From positions 85,925 to 149,924 of IMG/VR virus record IMGVR_UViG_3300028048_000064: 64,000 nucleotides of DNA; one strand, given 5' to 3'. Below, in pieces: positions 1 to 10,972 of the stretch. Source of the DNA: a virus (taxonomy: Duplodnaviria > Caudoviricetes). A program made the position numbers and the translations under genes. The notes beneath the pieces were generated by a model, which made no database searches, was not told the origin of the DNA, and was given only the letters and a program-made list of their open reading frames with translations. The first letter of the stretch is position 1; every line of letters begins with the position of its first letter.

Positions 1-378
1 GATGCATTCACGTTTTATGAATATGTAAATGACATTAACGATACAATAACATCATACAATAAGTATGCTTTCAGTTTGGTTAATTCTACACGTTATTATG
101 ATAAGCGGCTAGATACACAGATAGTATCAATTCCTTATGTAAAAAGTGACTATGAAGCCATTATAAAAAACGAAACAGACTATTTATTTGCAGATACATT
201 CAAGAGAGATTATCTGAATGATATAACATATAAACCAACTGTTGAGAATGATGTGAGGATAGACAGAGGTAACTATGCTGCATTTGAAAAACATTTGAAA
301 CTTGGCGAAATCAAGTCTATGGAAACAATGGAAAACTTCTCTAATGGTTCATTCTTCAATATACAGAAGGTTAATTAA
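1..378 (+). CDS. Hypothetical protein, 5'-truncated (probable virion/structural module)
   Basis: Frame is open from base 1 to TAA at 378; first of a co-oriented gene run. Confidence 0.6.
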   Translation, partial: DAFTFYEYVNDINDTITSYNKYAFSLVNSTRYYDKRLDTQIVSIPYVKSDYEAIIKNETDYLFADTFKRDYLNDITYKPTVENDVRIDRGNYAAFEKHLKLGEIKSMETMENFSNGSFFNIQKVN

Positions 379-432
379 CATTTGAAAAAATTGAGTTTTT
401 AATATAAATTAATAGATATACAGACAAGGTAG

Positions 433-1341
433 ATGAATAATACATATGGGATTGTAAAATCAAGTTTAATAGACCCTGCACAGGATGTACAGGTATTCTA
501 TCATTATAGACCAAGCCGTAGTTCAGAGGATAGTTCATTTAAGTCTTTCAAAGAGATTACAGATGTTTCATCTATTTTCTCAAATTCGGTAATTGATACA
601 GATGATTTTGATAAACGTTTACCTGGTATGTATAATCTTAATTTGCCGGTTTCAATATTCGGGAAAAAAGGCATCTATACGATTTATATTAGACCAAAGG
701 AGTTTACATGCACAATCAAGGATGTAGGCTCATTGGCCGCATATCCTGATATAAAGGGTATTGTCATTGACATGAACAGCGTTGAAAATCAGACATTGTT
801 TGAGGCTGATAAACTTGTTGGCTATCGTGTTGAATACTTTGACTATGAGGGTAGTGGTTTGAAAAGACAAGAGTATTATAGGCTTATTACAAGTAATAAT
901 ATGTGTGAACCTGTTTCACAGAATTTAACATCTGCCAATACAAATTCAAATGGCTACAGATTTAATGGAAGTGGTACGTTGTGCTTTATGACACTTACAC
1001 CATCTACAAGTCCAAGTTTTAAGAGTAATTCCAAGCCTTATATAGGCTCTCCTAATCAGCAAATTGTAATTACTAATACCAAATTTGACCCGGTAATGAT
1101 TGAGGTTGAAATGGTTGACCATGATATTGAAACGCTGAGTATAATGAGTGAAGGAAATGTGGTAAGAAACCTCGATAAAGGACAAGTGTCTTATTATAAC
1201 TTTGAAAATGAGATATATAAGCAGTATGAGTTCTCTACCATTAAGGATAATTACACAAAGAATAGTGTTGCAGAGATTAAGATTGACAGAAGTAACAATA
1301 TTGATAATGAACTTGATATAAATGATTTAATAGAGGCATAA
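433..1341 (+). CDS. Hypothetical protein, putative virion structural protein
   Basis: 302-aa ORF, beta-rich composition, tightly packed with neighbours; no recognised motif. Confidence 0.55.
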   Translation: MNNTYGIVKSSLIDPAQDVQVFYHYRPSRSSEDSSFKSFKEITDVSSIFSNSVIDTDDFDKRLPGMYNLNLPVSIFGKKGIYTIYIRPKEFTCTIKDVGSLAAYPDIKGIVIDMNSVENQTLFEADKLVGYRVEYFDYEGSGLKRQEYYRLITSNNMCEPVSQNLTSANTNSNGYRFNGSGTLCFMTLTPSTSPSFKSNSKPYIGSPNQQIVITNTKFDPVMIEVEMVDHDIETLSIMSEGNVVRNLDKGQVSYYNFENEIYKQYEFSTIKDNYTKNSVAEIKIDRSNNIDNELDINDLIEA

Positions 1342-1344
1342 ACA

Positions 1345-4110
1345 ATGGGTCGTTACAGTAAATTACATAGTAATTACATACTTAGTAAGAAGCATCAAGT
1401 CACCCATAAGGGTACAATCTTTGAAAGAGACTGGGTGACAATTGGCTCACAGCATCAGATTGAGAAAGGCAAGAAGCCTTATTATTCTGATACTAACTTC
1501 TTGTTTACTGACAACTCATATCCATCATATAAGAAAAAGTATAACTATGGAAAATGGGTTGCATCATGGGATTATGATGATGTCAAGGATGCAAAAGATG
1601 AGGTAAATAAGGTTAAAGTCAATAAGACAAGTAACGACATACGTGATTTTGCCTATTATGGCTCTGCTGTAGAGTTGGTTAAGTCCTCTGTTACTAATAT
1701 CATTAATTGGTTTCCAGCATATGTGGCATGTTCACACTCAGATATATATGTACCAAATGAAGATGGTACGGGATTTGTTGTATTAACAGGAACTAGATAC
1801 AATCACATGATTGTAAACCCCTTTAATATTGATTTTGTACATACTTTATCACAAGAGGAAAAGGAAGGCACTAATGTTGATAGGTTTATGGCTGAGTCAT
1901 ATACTAGATATATGATTAAATTCGGTAATGATACACCCGGAGAAATTATAGCATATAGAAAAACACAATATGTTCCATTAAATAGTAATTCAGATAACTC
2001 ATTCGGTGTTTATACAGAAAACGAAGCTAAAACAAAAATAAAAAGTGGCGAATACCGTTATGCTGATTGCTACCCAGAATATTGGCTACCAGGTGGTAAC
2101 AGAAAACCACTTTATCAAATAAACTTAGGTGCTGAGAATGAAACACATTTGGAACTTATTTTCCAAGCATATATCATTGACTCAGAGATTGTTTTGCTTA
2201 CCAAAAATAGTGGAACATCTGGTAATCCTGATTTTATGATTATTCCAAAAGAAGAAGTATTTGAGGAATATTTCAACAATCTCGATGATTTTGAGAAACA
2301 ACTTCTTACATTAAATTCAAAACCTGTATATAGAAATTCATTTTTGACACCTTTTGAGGGTGAGACAGATTATAAATATGTATATCGTGATTATACATGG
2401 CCTTCAATAAGTGTTGATGGGTATCCTTATTCGTTTATTGACATTGTTTCAGAGGGTTATACTGATTATCTGTCAAGATTGGTTGATATGGCAACCACTT
2501 ATGATGAATTATGGTGTGATAGCCTATATAGGAATATGACCCATGAGGCAATCAAGAACTTTGATTGGACTTATACAAAGGACTATACTGACGGTGATGA
2601 ACAAGATAATATAGATGGCGGTAATCAGATGATGAAACTTCTACGTATCTATGGCCGTGCATTTGATGACTTGAAGAGATATGCCGATGGCATTGGTTTT
2701 GTGTCAAAGAATACTTATGACGGCTATAACAATGAACCAGATGCAGAGATTTCAGATAGACTTGAGTTAATGGGTTGGGATGCCCCATCAGTTATACCAG
2801 ATGCTACTGACGGAAATACAGATATTATCAAGATTGAAAAATCTTTCCTTGATAATGGAAATTATAAATGGTTTGATGCCCAAAACTCAGAGGATATAGA
2901 CACAGCCAAGACAGACATTAACTTTGCAAAACATCTTTTACTTTCATCAAGTAGGATTTTGAATACAAAGGGTACAACGCAGGCTATTGATATGGTTATG
3001 GCATTGTTTGGATTTGGTGAAAAAGATTATACTTTAACAGAAAGGTTCTATAAGATACCTTATTCTTCATTGAAGAATTTTGATGACGAATATACCACAT
3101 CAGAAGAAGAAACAATGACATATGGTGAATTGGTTGATAATATCAACTTTTATAAGGACTATCCAAAGGCTTATGATGATATATACAGTGGTGTACCTCT
3201 TGGTGATTACTATGTTTCCAAAAAAGCATATGTTAATAAAAATAACGGGTCTGTTATTGGGCAACAAGCTTATAATGAGTTAGATGATAATACTAAAAAA
3301 GATTATGAGGAAGTAATGAAAACCACTCACTATATTATTCCTTTCTATACACAGAAGAGAGTGTATGATGGGGATTTATACTTCAATTCAAAGGGCGGTT
3401 GGGGTAAAAATGATATTGATGGCCAATATCTTGAAACCATGTCATATCTACATATTGTAGATGATTTCAGTGAATTGTTAAATCTTAACCCAAGTTCATT
3501 AAATGATGAAGACATATATTATGTATCAGATATGACAACTTACAGTGAATATGTGGAAACATTACCTGAGAATTTATCCCATTTCTTTGTGATTATTGAA
3601 AATGGAAAATATAATCCACAACTTCCGGAGTCATGGGCTAATGTTGATATGACAAGTGATACAGATATTGCCAAGAAAGCTAAGTATCTTGATAGTTTGG
3701 TTTCTAACAATATTGGAAATAATCCACATGTCGGCTATGGTGCATATGATATGGGTGAGGATTTCATTGAGTATATGAAGAAACCATTCAAATTTGCCCT
3801 TGATGAAGAATTATTGCCGGATGAATGGAAAGATGAAGCAGATAATTTCACATTTGTGGCTGACTATGAGGATAGCGTTGTAGTGTTTGGCAATGGAAAT
3901 GAAGATAACATATATGGTAAGGTGAAGATAATTGATGATGGCACTACGGATTACTATATCAATCACAAGTATCTGAAACTCAAATTCAATCTTGATGATG
4001 AGAGGCAACCAAACGAACTTTTCAGAAATTATTTCATGAATGTTGTTCTGAAATATGTAATGCAAGTTATACCATCAACAACAATTTTGGAAATAAATTT
4101 CAATAGTTAA
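1345..4110 (+). CDS. Large acidic protein, putative baseplate/virion protein
   Basis: 921-aa ORF; the segment ILNTKGTTQAIDMVMALFG resembles the KGT..AI motif of baseplate wedge/tail proteins (inference). Confidence 0.5.
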   Translation: MGRYSKLHSNYILSKKHQVTHKGTIFERDWVTIGSQHQIEKGKKPYYSDTNFLFTDNSYPSYKKKYNYGKWVASWDYDDVKDAKDEVNKVKVNKTSNDIRDFAYYGSAVELVKSSVTNIINWFPAYVACSHSDIYVPNEDGTGFVVLTGTRYNHMIVNPFNIDFVHTLSQEEKEGTNVDRFMAESYTRYMIKFGNDTPGEIIAYRKTQYVPLNSNSDNSFGVYTENEAKTKIKSGEYRYADCYPEYWLPGGNRKPLYQINLGAENETHLELIFQAYIIDSEIVLLTKNSGTSGNPDFMIIPKEEVFEEYFNNLDDFEKQLLTLNSKPVYRNSFLTPFEGETDYKYVYRDYTWPSISVDGYPYSFIDIVSEGYTDYLSRLVDMATTYDELWCDSLYRNMTHEAIKNFDWTYTKDYTDGDEQDNIDGGNQMMKLLRIYGRAFDDLKRYADGIGFVSKNTYDGYNNEPDAEISDRLELMGWDAPSVIPDATDGNTDIIKIEKSFLDNGNYKWFDAQNSEDIDTAKTDINFAKHLLLSSSRILNTKGTTQAIDMVMALFGFGEKDYTLTERFYKIPYSSLKNFDDEYTTSEEETMTYGELVDNINFYKDYPKAYDDIYSGVPLGDYYVSKKAYVNKNNGSVIGQQAYNELDDNTKKDYEEVMKTTHYIIPFYTQKRVYDGDLYFNSKGGWGKNDIDGQYLETMSYLHIVDDFSELLNLNPSSLNDEDIYYVSDMTTYSEYVETLPENLSHFFVIIENGKYNPQLPESWANVDMTSDTDIAKKAKYLDSLVSNNIGNNPHVGYGAYDMGEDFIEYMKKPFKFALDEELLPDEWKDEADNFTFVADYEDSVVVFGNGNEDNIYGKVKIIDDGTTDYYINHKYLKLKFNLDDERQPNELFRNYFMNVVLKYVMQVIPSTTILEINFNS

Positions 4111-4122
4111 CTATAAAGATTA

Positions 4123-4764
4123 ATGACGGTAAATGTAGAGAATAATACCTTGGAGTTTGATGCAAATTGGACTGAAGGTAGTAGTAATAATAAGAAGTCA
4201 TTTACTGTAAGTGGCAGTAAGGGATTTCGTTATGAGGTAAGTGAGGGTGATTGGTTTGATGTTACTCTTACTGACAATACATTTACTGTTACCGTAAGAG
4301 AAAACTTCAATATTGGCGAAAGAAACGGATATATATTGCTAAATAACAATATGGTACATGGCAATACAAGTGACGAAGATACAATAGATGAATTAGAGGT
4401 TGATATTCATCAGGATGGTATGAAATGTACAATAAACATTTCAGAAAATAGTGCCTCATTTGCTTCAAATCCAACACATGAAGATGGTGATAAGATAATA
4501 ATAAAGGAAGATAAGACTTTTACTGTTACAACTACAGGTGGGGTAAAGGATTTTATCATAAAGGAAATAAGGGAAGAATATACAAATAATACCAAACCAG
4601 TTCAATTTGACCATGGAATTAAGGTTGAAAAGATTAGTAAGACGCAGTTAAAGATTACAAGTTATGGCCGTGTATTTGACCCTAATGATAAAAAGTATAT
4701 CATAACATTGGCACATAAAAACAATCGTGAAATAGCAAAAACAATAACAGTTACATACAGTTAG
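4123..4764 (+). CDS. BACON-like (Ig-fold) domain protein
   Basis: Pattern SFTV..W....FTVTV.EN....R.G.I typical of BACON domains. Confidence 0.55.
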   Translation: MTVNVENNTLEFDANWTEGSSNNKKSFTVSGSKGFRYEVSEGDWFDVTLTDNTFTVTVRENFNIGERNGYILLNNNMVHGNTSDEDTIDELEVDIHQDGMKCTINISENSASFASNPTHEDGDKIIIKEDKTFTVTTTGGVKDFIIKEIREEYTNNTKPVQFDHGIKVEKISKTQLKITSYGRVFDPNDKKYIITLAHKNNREIAKTITVTYS

Positions 4765-4776
4765 AAAAAAGACATT

Positions 4777-5157
4777 ATGGTACAATCATATTATAGTTAT
4801 AAGAAACAATTACGTGAAAGTTATGTTGAACCGACAGTTTCATTACAAGAAGCAGCAGAGTCAACAAGAAAAGTCAGACGTAAGTCAAATGATAAATCTA
4901 CTGATGAGGTTTATTTTGACCGTGAGGGTGGTGAAATGAGGTTTAAATATAAGTTAGAGCCTGAGCATGCAGAACTATATGTTGAGATTTCATCTGATTT
5001 TATAACATATAGAACTGAGGATAATGATTTGATTTTAGTCGCAAAACCAAACCCATATAGTTTAGAAAGAAGATGTATTGTTAAGATAATGAATTCATTT
5101 AATCCGTTATTCTCGCAGACAAAAGTCGTTATTCAGAAAGGAGTTGACCAAAAATAG
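4777..5157 (+). CDS. Hypothetical protein with degenerate BACON-like C-terminus
   Basis: FDREGGE...LVAKPNPYSLERRCIV...VIQKG. Confidence 0.45.
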   Translation: MVQSYYSYKKQLRESYVEPTVSLQEAAESTRKVRRKSNDKSTDEVYFDREGGEMRFKYKLEPEHAELYVEISSDFITYRTEDNDLILVAKPNPYSLERRCIVKIMNSFNPLFSQTKVVIQKGVDQK

Positions 5158-5175
5158 CCAACTCCTTATTTTTTC

Positions 5176-6006
5176 TTAAAGATTGATTAATCTTTCCTCA
5201 TCATTTTGTATATCTTCATATGAGGTTATTTCGAATTTATATGTTCTATATAGGTTTTTAACCTCATGAAGCGTATATTTCATTGTATCAATATCCCATA
5301 TGACAAATCCATGACCAGTTGTATTTTCTCCACTGTTGCATTGGAATACTGAGCCTGCATAGACAATTGGAACACCGTTTTTCTTTATTGTCTGATGTTT
5401 ATGTATATGTCCTGCCATTACGCAGTCACATTCTTTGAAATCATCTGTATTGATACCACTTTCTGACATTCTGCCAATATCCGTAACAGCACCGGCGATA
5501 TCACCATGATATAAACCAATTAGTTTACAATCCGGGTTTTCTTCTCTTAACCCATCAATATTTGGTTTTGCGAACTTATCGAACATTGAGTATAGAACCC
5601 ATATGATGTTATCATCCTTAATGTATCCGCTTTTATATTCAAGAGCCTTATCAGCATATATAATATTTGGATAAGCCCCTTTAATTGTGAATGTTGGCGA
5701 TATTGAGTCCATCCTGTCTTGATTATTTTCAAGCATATCATGATTACCGGCCACAATAATCGTTTTGGCCATTGCATTGAGATAATTCAAAAACTCATGG
5801 AATAAATCCTTTGATTCGTTGTCTGCTTTGATTTTCTTTTCAAATACATCACCAACGATGACAATTCTGACTTCCTCTTTCTTTAAATCCTTGATTTCAA
5901 GCATGATTTCGCCTGCAAGTTGCTTCAACATATCAGAGAATGGTCTATCTGTTGAAGAACTGTTAGGTATGTGCAAATCAGCCATGAAAATAACTTTCTT
6001 AACCAT
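5176..6006 (-). CDS. sbcD: SbcD/Mre11-like metallophosphoesterase nuclease
   Basis: Motifs DLH, GDVF, GNHD, YHG, GHIH, YAGS; SbcC partner nearby. Confidence 0.85.
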   Translation of the reverse strand: MVKKVIFMADLHIPNSSSTDRPFSDMLKQLAGEIMLEIKDLKKEEVRIVIVGDVFEKKIKADNESKDLFHEFLNYLNAMAKTIIVAGNHDMLENNQDRMDSISPTFTIKGAYPNIIYADKALEYKSGYIKDDNIIWVLYSMFDKFAKPNIDGLREENPDCKLIGLYHGDIAGAVTDIGRMSESGINTDDFKECDCVMAGHIHKHQTIKKNGVPIVYAGSVFQCNSGENTTGHGFVIWDIDTMKYTLHEVKNLYRTYKFEITSYEDIQNDEERLINL

Positions 6007-6024
6007 AGTTTCTTAAATTTTTTG

Positions 6025-6056
6025 CAAAGATACTACTTTTATTCCAAAAAAACAAA
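6025..6056 (-). promoter_or_regulatory. Bacteroidota sigma-A type promoter for sbcD
   Basis: On the minus strand TTTG-N20-TATCTTTG. Confidence 0.7.
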
Positions 6057-6160
6057 TAAAATTTGTTAAAAAATTCAAATTCTATAGGTACCTAGGTACC
6101 TTATGTATTGAAAAATAAAATTAAAATATATAATTTTATTTTTATATAATATTATACTAG

Positions 6161-6922
6161 ATGGACCAGGACCTAAAGAAGCGAATTATACTTGGTTTGG
6201 ATGTTTCCACACGTTGCATTGGTTCTACCGTTGCAAGCCTTGATGAGGATGGAACAATTAAGATTTTGGAAATAAGTCATTTGAAACTTAAAACCCCAAG
6301 AAAAACTAAGGGGACAAAGATTTTGTTCCAGAAGAGTGATGTATTTAAACAGAAGTTAGAGGATAAGTACACAAAATATTTCATTACTGACGTTATTATT
6401 GAAGAGCCACTTATCAGCAGCAATAATGCTGAAACGGCAGCAACACTAATGAGATTTAACGGTATGATTTCACAGTGTGTAAAGGATGTTCTTGGTATTA
6501 TTCCGGAATATATTTCTTCATATGATGCAAGAAAGTTTGGTTGCCCATCATTGATTGCAATCAGAAAGTACAATAAGGTGGGTGAAGTATATTCTCGTAA
6601 GAAGATAATGAAATGTATCAAGAAAAATGAATTAGTTTTGTTTGGCGCTTATCCGTTTGACTGTGCAAAGAAGTTCATACTTTGGAATTATGTTTCAGAG
6701 AAGTTCCCTTACATCAAATGGGACTATAACAAGAAGGGTGAATTGAAAAATGAGAATTTTGATGCAAGTGACAGCCTTATGTGCGTTCTTGGCTATGTTT
6801 CCAAATGTAAGTATGGTGATAAGGAACCAGAGATTGTGAATAGTACGAGCAAAAAGAATAAAATTGAGTATACAATTGATTTTTGCGGACAGAAATTTGA
6901 CAAAGTTATAGATTTTGAGTAG
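6161..6922 (+). CDS. RuvC-like Holliday junction resolvase
   Basis: RNase H-fold acidic motifs ILGLDVST, VIIEEP, DASDS. Confidence 0.75.
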   Translation: MDQDLKKRIILGLDVSTRCIGSTVASLDEDGTIKILEISHLKLKTPRKTKGTKILFQKSDVFKQKLEDKYTKYFITDVIIEEPLISSNNAETAATLMRFNGMISQCVKDVLGIIPEYISSYDARKFGCPSLIAIRKYNKVGEVYSRKKIMKCIKKNELVLFGAYPFDCAKKFILWNYVSEKFPYIKWDYNKKGELKNENFDASDSLMCVLGYVSKCKYGDKEPEIVNSTSKKNKIEYTIDFCGQKFDKVIDFE

Positions 6923-6947
6923 TTTTTTAATTAAAATTGCTTAAAAA

Positions 6948-6979
6948 TTTGGATATTTAGTATATTTTTAGTATCTTTG
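6948..6979 (+). promoter_or_regulatory. Bacteroidota-type promoter
   Basis: TTTG(6948)-N20-TATCTTTG(6972). Confidence 0.75.
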
Positions 6980-8017
6980 CAAAAAAAAAATAGAAGCAAA
7001 GTGGAAGAAAGTGTACTAAATTTGTTATATACCTTTTTGGGTAGTTATGGAAAACATTCAGGTGAATGGTATTCTTTTAATTGTCCTGAGTGTGCAGCAG
7101 AGAAAGGAGTTAAGGCCGACAATAAATACAACCTTGAAGTGAAGATAGACCTTACAGTTAAGGGCTGTGGAGGGTATCATTGTTGGCGTTGTAAGGACAC
7201 AAATGGTACAAAAGGTACACTTGTATCACTTTTCAAAAAATATGCCTCTAAAACGGTCTTAGATGAGTTTAAACAGATAGTAAATGACTTCCGTGAAGCA
7301 AAGAAGTATGAACTATTTGATGGAAGTGGTGTAATTCCGGATGAATTTATTGAAGATAATGAATTTTATCTCCCTGAAGGTTTTAAACCTATAAGGGAAA
7401 ATGACAAATATGCTGCCGATGTTAAGCAATATCTCTTGAAACGTGGTATTGATGATAAGATTATTAAGAAATACAATATTGGTTATATTGGAAACAATCC
7501 ATCAGTACATTTCTCATTAAGAAATAGGGTGGTTATACCATCATATGATGCTTTTGACAGCCTTAACTATTGGGTCGGACGTGATTATACAGGGAAAAAC
7601 AAGATTAGATACAAAAACCCAAAGGCTGAGAAGACACAATTCATATTTAACGAGGGAAAAATCAATTGGTATGAGCCTATTACACTTGTAGAAGGTCCAT
7701 TTGACCATATTGTAGTACCAAATTCAATTCCTTTGTTGGGTAAAACCTTGGATAAGGATTATTTGCTATATAAGACACTTATTCAGCGTTCAAGAAGTCT
7801 TATTTACATATTATTGGATGATGATGCATTATATAACGCCAAGAAGATATATAAATTGCTTGAAAATTCAGAATTAAGTGGCCGAATTAGGTTAATTGAA
7901 TGTCCGGCAGGTTATGATGCTTCATTGGTGTATGAAAAATACGGAAAGAAAGGGATTGTTTCACTTTTAACACATGCCAAGAAGTTAAATGACTATGATT
8001 TAGCAACTTTTCACTAA
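6977..8017 (+). CDS. DNA primase (Zn finger + TOPRIM); true start probably GTG 7001
   Basis: CPEC...CWRC zinc finger, YLLKRGI, RYKNP, LVEGPFD, LDDDA. Confidence 0.85.
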   Translation: MQKKNRSKVEESVLNLLYTFLGSYGKHSGEWYSFNCPECAAEKGVKADNKYNLEVKIDLTVKGCGGYHCWRCKDTNGTKGTLVSLFKKYASKTVLDEFKQIVNDFREAKKYELFDGSGVIPDEFIEDNEFYLPEGFKPIRENDKYAADVKQYLLKRGIDDKIIKKYNIGYIGNNPSVHFSLRNRVVIPSYDAFDSLNYWVGRDYTGKNKIRYKNPKAEKTQFIFNEGKINWYEPITLVEGPFDHIVVPNSIPLLGKTLDKDYLLYKTLIQRSRSLIYILLDDDALYNAKKIYKLLENSELSGRIRLIECPAGYDASLVYEKYGKKGIVSLLTHAKKLNDYDLATFH

Positions 8018-8021
8018 ATAA

Positions 8022-8053
8022 TTTGGTCATTTCAGAAAATTATAGTATATTTG
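8022..8053 (+). promoter_or_regulatory. Bacteroidota-type promoter
   Basis: TTTG-N20-TATATTTG. Confidence 0.7.
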
Positions 8054-8079
8054 CAAACGTAAAAGAATATTAATTAAAA

Positions 8080-8511
8080 ATGACTGTTGAAGTAGAGTTA
8101 ATAAATAGGATATATACGAATTTATGTGAGTTCTGTGATGCCAATGGCTTAGATGTACAGGAATACATGTCAAATGCTATTACGGAAAGATATAATCTTG
8201 ATAAGTATGGTGATTTGAATGAGAAGTTGGCAAAGAAAGAAGAAAAGAAGCCAACTACTAAACGTACTAAGAAAAATCAAAGCGAAGCAGAGTTAGCAAC
8301 AGAAGAATTCAACAAAATTGTAGTTGATAAATTAGTTTCTATGGTTAAAGGAAATGATGAACAAGACAATAGAGCACAGACTGATGAAATCAGAGAAGAA
8401 GTCATCAAGGAGGAAACAGAAGAAACAAAGCAGCCAACAATTGAACCCATTGTGGTACAAGGAGATGGTGACAAACCTAAGAAGGTAAGAAGAACATTAA
8501 AAACTAAGTAG
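8080..8511 (+). CDS. Hypothetical protein (possible ribbon-helix-helix-like N-terminus)
   Basis: 143-aa ORF after a promoter. Confidence 0.55.
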   Translation: MTVEVELINRIYTNLCEFCDANGLDVQEYMSNAITERYNLDKYGDLNEKLAKKEEKKPTTKRTKKNQSEAELATEEFNKIVVDKLVSMVKGNDEQDNRAQTDEIREEVIKEETEETKQPTIEPIVVQGDGDKPKKVRRTLKTK

Positions 8512-8527
8512 AAAAGAAAAAATATAT

Positions 8528-10948
8528 ATGGTAAATGTAAATCCGACTGATAAACTTGTATTTGATTTGAAGATGCTTCAGATTGACTACAATGAACAGA
8601 AGAAACAATCACTTAGAAAGGAAATATCAGAGAAGTATGGTGTTCCCTTGAAGAATGTTGAAATAAATTTCATACCAATTACTGTCAATAAGGATGGTGA
8701 TAGAATTTCCTTGACATCAGATGTTATTGAGAATATCCAAGACCCAAATTTCCAAGTTGGTTTGTTTAAGGAATATTTGGATTTAAAGGATATTAAGGAT
8801 GTAGATTTTGAGGAAATCAAGAAAATTGATGCACAGGTCAACGCATTTGTAGATTTTGACCAATATTCAAAATATAAGTTGTATAAGTTCAAGTATGTAA
8901 AGTGGAAGAATTACCTTTCATATGGTAATGATAACTATTTTGACTTTACTAAACTTCACGGCCTTGTCCTTTTGAATGGAGAACCTGAAAACCAGAGTGG
9001 TAAGACTACATTTGCCATTGATTTGCTTAGATTTGCATTATTTGGAAAGGCACAAAAGTCACCAAGTCTTGACAGTGTGTTTAATGTGTATCATCCGGAA
9101 GAAACTGAGGTAATGGTTGAAGCCGGTATTGAGATAGATGGCATAGACTATGTTATTAGAAGAACTGTTACACGTCCGGCATTAGCAAAGAGAACAAAGA
9201 AGAGTAAGGCCAAACAGAAGATTGAATATTTCAAACTCACAAATGGAGATTATGAACTTATTGAGAATTGTGAGGGTGAAAGTGGAACAGAAACCAATAA
9301 TATTATTAAAGAGTCAGTAGGAAGTGTTGATGATTATAACCTTGTAATTTCTGCAACGGCAAAGACACTTGGTGATTTGTTGGATATGGGTCAGACAGAT
9401 AAGGGTAAACTCTTTTCTCGTTGGCTTGGATTACTTACAATTGAAAAGAAAGAAGAAATTGCCAAGGATTTGTGGAAGAAACAGATTTCTCCGTCTTTGC
9501 TTTCAAATACATATAATAAGGCAACTATTGATAGCGAAATCACTGATTATGAGGCAGCAATCAAGGGAGATAAGGAAGAGGTTGAGAAGACTCAAGTAAA
9601 ATTGAATGCATCCAATGATAGGATAAATTCACTTAATACGGAAAAAGTCAATGTCCTTACCAATAGAAAGGAAATCAAAGAGGAATTGATTAAACTTGAT
9701 GTTACAACCATTGAGACTAAACTTACAAATCATAATGCAGAACTTACCAATTACCGTGCTCAGTTGGCAAAATTCAAAGAGGATTATACAATTGTAAAAG
9801 ATGCTAAATATGATGAGGATGAATATAATAAGGTAAATACTGCACGAGAGGGTAAAATTAAGGAACAGAAGGTATTTCTTGATAGGAATATTGAAATAAA
9901 GGTAGAAATCGGTCATTTACGTACAGATACCAAACGTATTGAGAAACTTATTGAGGATAAGGTTTGTCCTACTTGTGGCCATCCAATTGAATTAGATGAA
10001 CAGAATGGCTTTATAGATAAGAATAAGCAAGCAGAGGATAAACTTATTGAGGAAGGAAAGAAAAACAAAGCCGAAATTGATAAATTCACCGAAGAGATAG
10101 ATAAGTTAGCAAAGACAATGGATGAAATGCTAATTCAGAAGGAAAATCTTAGGAAAAAAGGTGAATTAGAACTTAGAATGACAGCCATTAAGTCAAATAT
10201 TGACACTATCAAACTTAAAATTGCTGACTTGGAGAGGCAAAAGGCTGAAATTGAAACAAATAGGGATAATATCAAATATAATAATGAAATTGACCTTAAA
10301 ATAAGAAATCTTGACGAAAGCATTAAGACTGAAACAAGGATTAAGGAACAATTCATTAAGGATATTGAAGCATATAACAATGATGCCAAGAATTACGAGA
10401 AAGAGATAGAAAAACGTAAGACGTTGGTGGCTAAATTGTTAGAGGAAGAGAAAATTATCAGAAATTGGACTATTTATCAACAATTAGTCGGAAAGAACGG
10501 TATTGTAAAGATTGTACTTAAGAGAGCATTACCGATTATCAATAATGAAATTGCACGTATCCTTAATGGTTTATGTGACTTTGAAGTAAAGTTGTCAGTT
10601 TCAGATGATGGTAAGGTTTGCATGGATTTGATAAGGGATGGCGTTGCATTGGATTTATCCACAGGTGCTTCCGGTTTTGAAATGACAGCATCTGCTCTTG
10701 CAATAAGAAGTGCTTTGGCAACCGCAACGGCTCTTAGCCATAGTAATGCGTTGGTTCTTGACGAGATTGATAGTGCTGTGGCAGCGTCGAATTATGATAA
10801 TCTAAGGGAACTGTATAAGCGAATAATCAAGAATTATGATTTCATATTACATATATGCCATAATGAGTTGCTGGCAGATTGGCACGATATTTGCATAACA
10901 GTGACAAAGGATATAAAGAACAATGTTTCAACAATTAAACTAAAATAA
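8528..10948 (+). CDS. sbcC: SbcC/Rad50-like SMC ATPase
   Basis: Walker A NQSGKTT, long coiled coil, Zn hook CPTCG, signature ASGFE, Walker B LVLDE, H-loop ICH. Confidence 0.9.
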   Translation: MVNVNPTDKLVFDLKMLQIDYNEQKKQSLRKEISEKYGVPLKNVEINFIPITVNKDGDRISLTSDVIENIQDPNFQVGLFKEYLDLKDIKDVDFEEIKKIDAQVNAFVDFDQYSKYKLYKFKYVKWKNYLSYGNDNYFDFTKLHGLVLLNGEPENQSGKTTFAIDLLRFALFGKAQKSPSLDSVFNVYHPEETEVMVEAGIEIDGIDYVIRRTVTRPALAKRTKKSKAKQKIEYFKLTNGDYELIENCEGESGTETNNIIKESVGSVDDYNLVISATAKTLGDLLDMGQTDKGKLFSRWLGLLTIEKKEEIAKDLWKKQISPSLLSNTYNKATIDSEITDYEAAIKGDKEEVEKTQVKLNASNDRINSLNTEKVNVLTNRKEIKEELIKLDVTTIETKLTNHNAELTNYRAQLAKFKEDYTIVKDAKYDEDEYNKVNTAREGKIKEQKVFLDRNIEIKVEIGHLRTDTKRIEKLIEDKVCPTCGHPIELDEQNGFIDKNKQAEDKLIEEGKKNKAEIDKFTEEIDKLAKTMDEMLIQKENLRKKGELELRMTAIKSNIDTIKLKIADLERQKAEIETNRDNIKYNNEIDLKIRNLDESIKTETRIKEQFIKDIEAYNNDAKNYEKEIEKRKTLVAKLLEEEKIIRNWTIYQQLVGKNGIVKIVLKRALPIINNEIARILNGLCDFEVKLSVSDDGKVCMDLIRDGVALDLSTGASGFEMTASALAIRSALATATALSHSNALVLDEIDSAVAASNYDNLRELYKRIIKNYDFILHICHNELLADWHDICITVTKDIKNNVSTIKLK

Positions 10949-10972
10949 AAGAATATGAGTTAGGAAAGACAT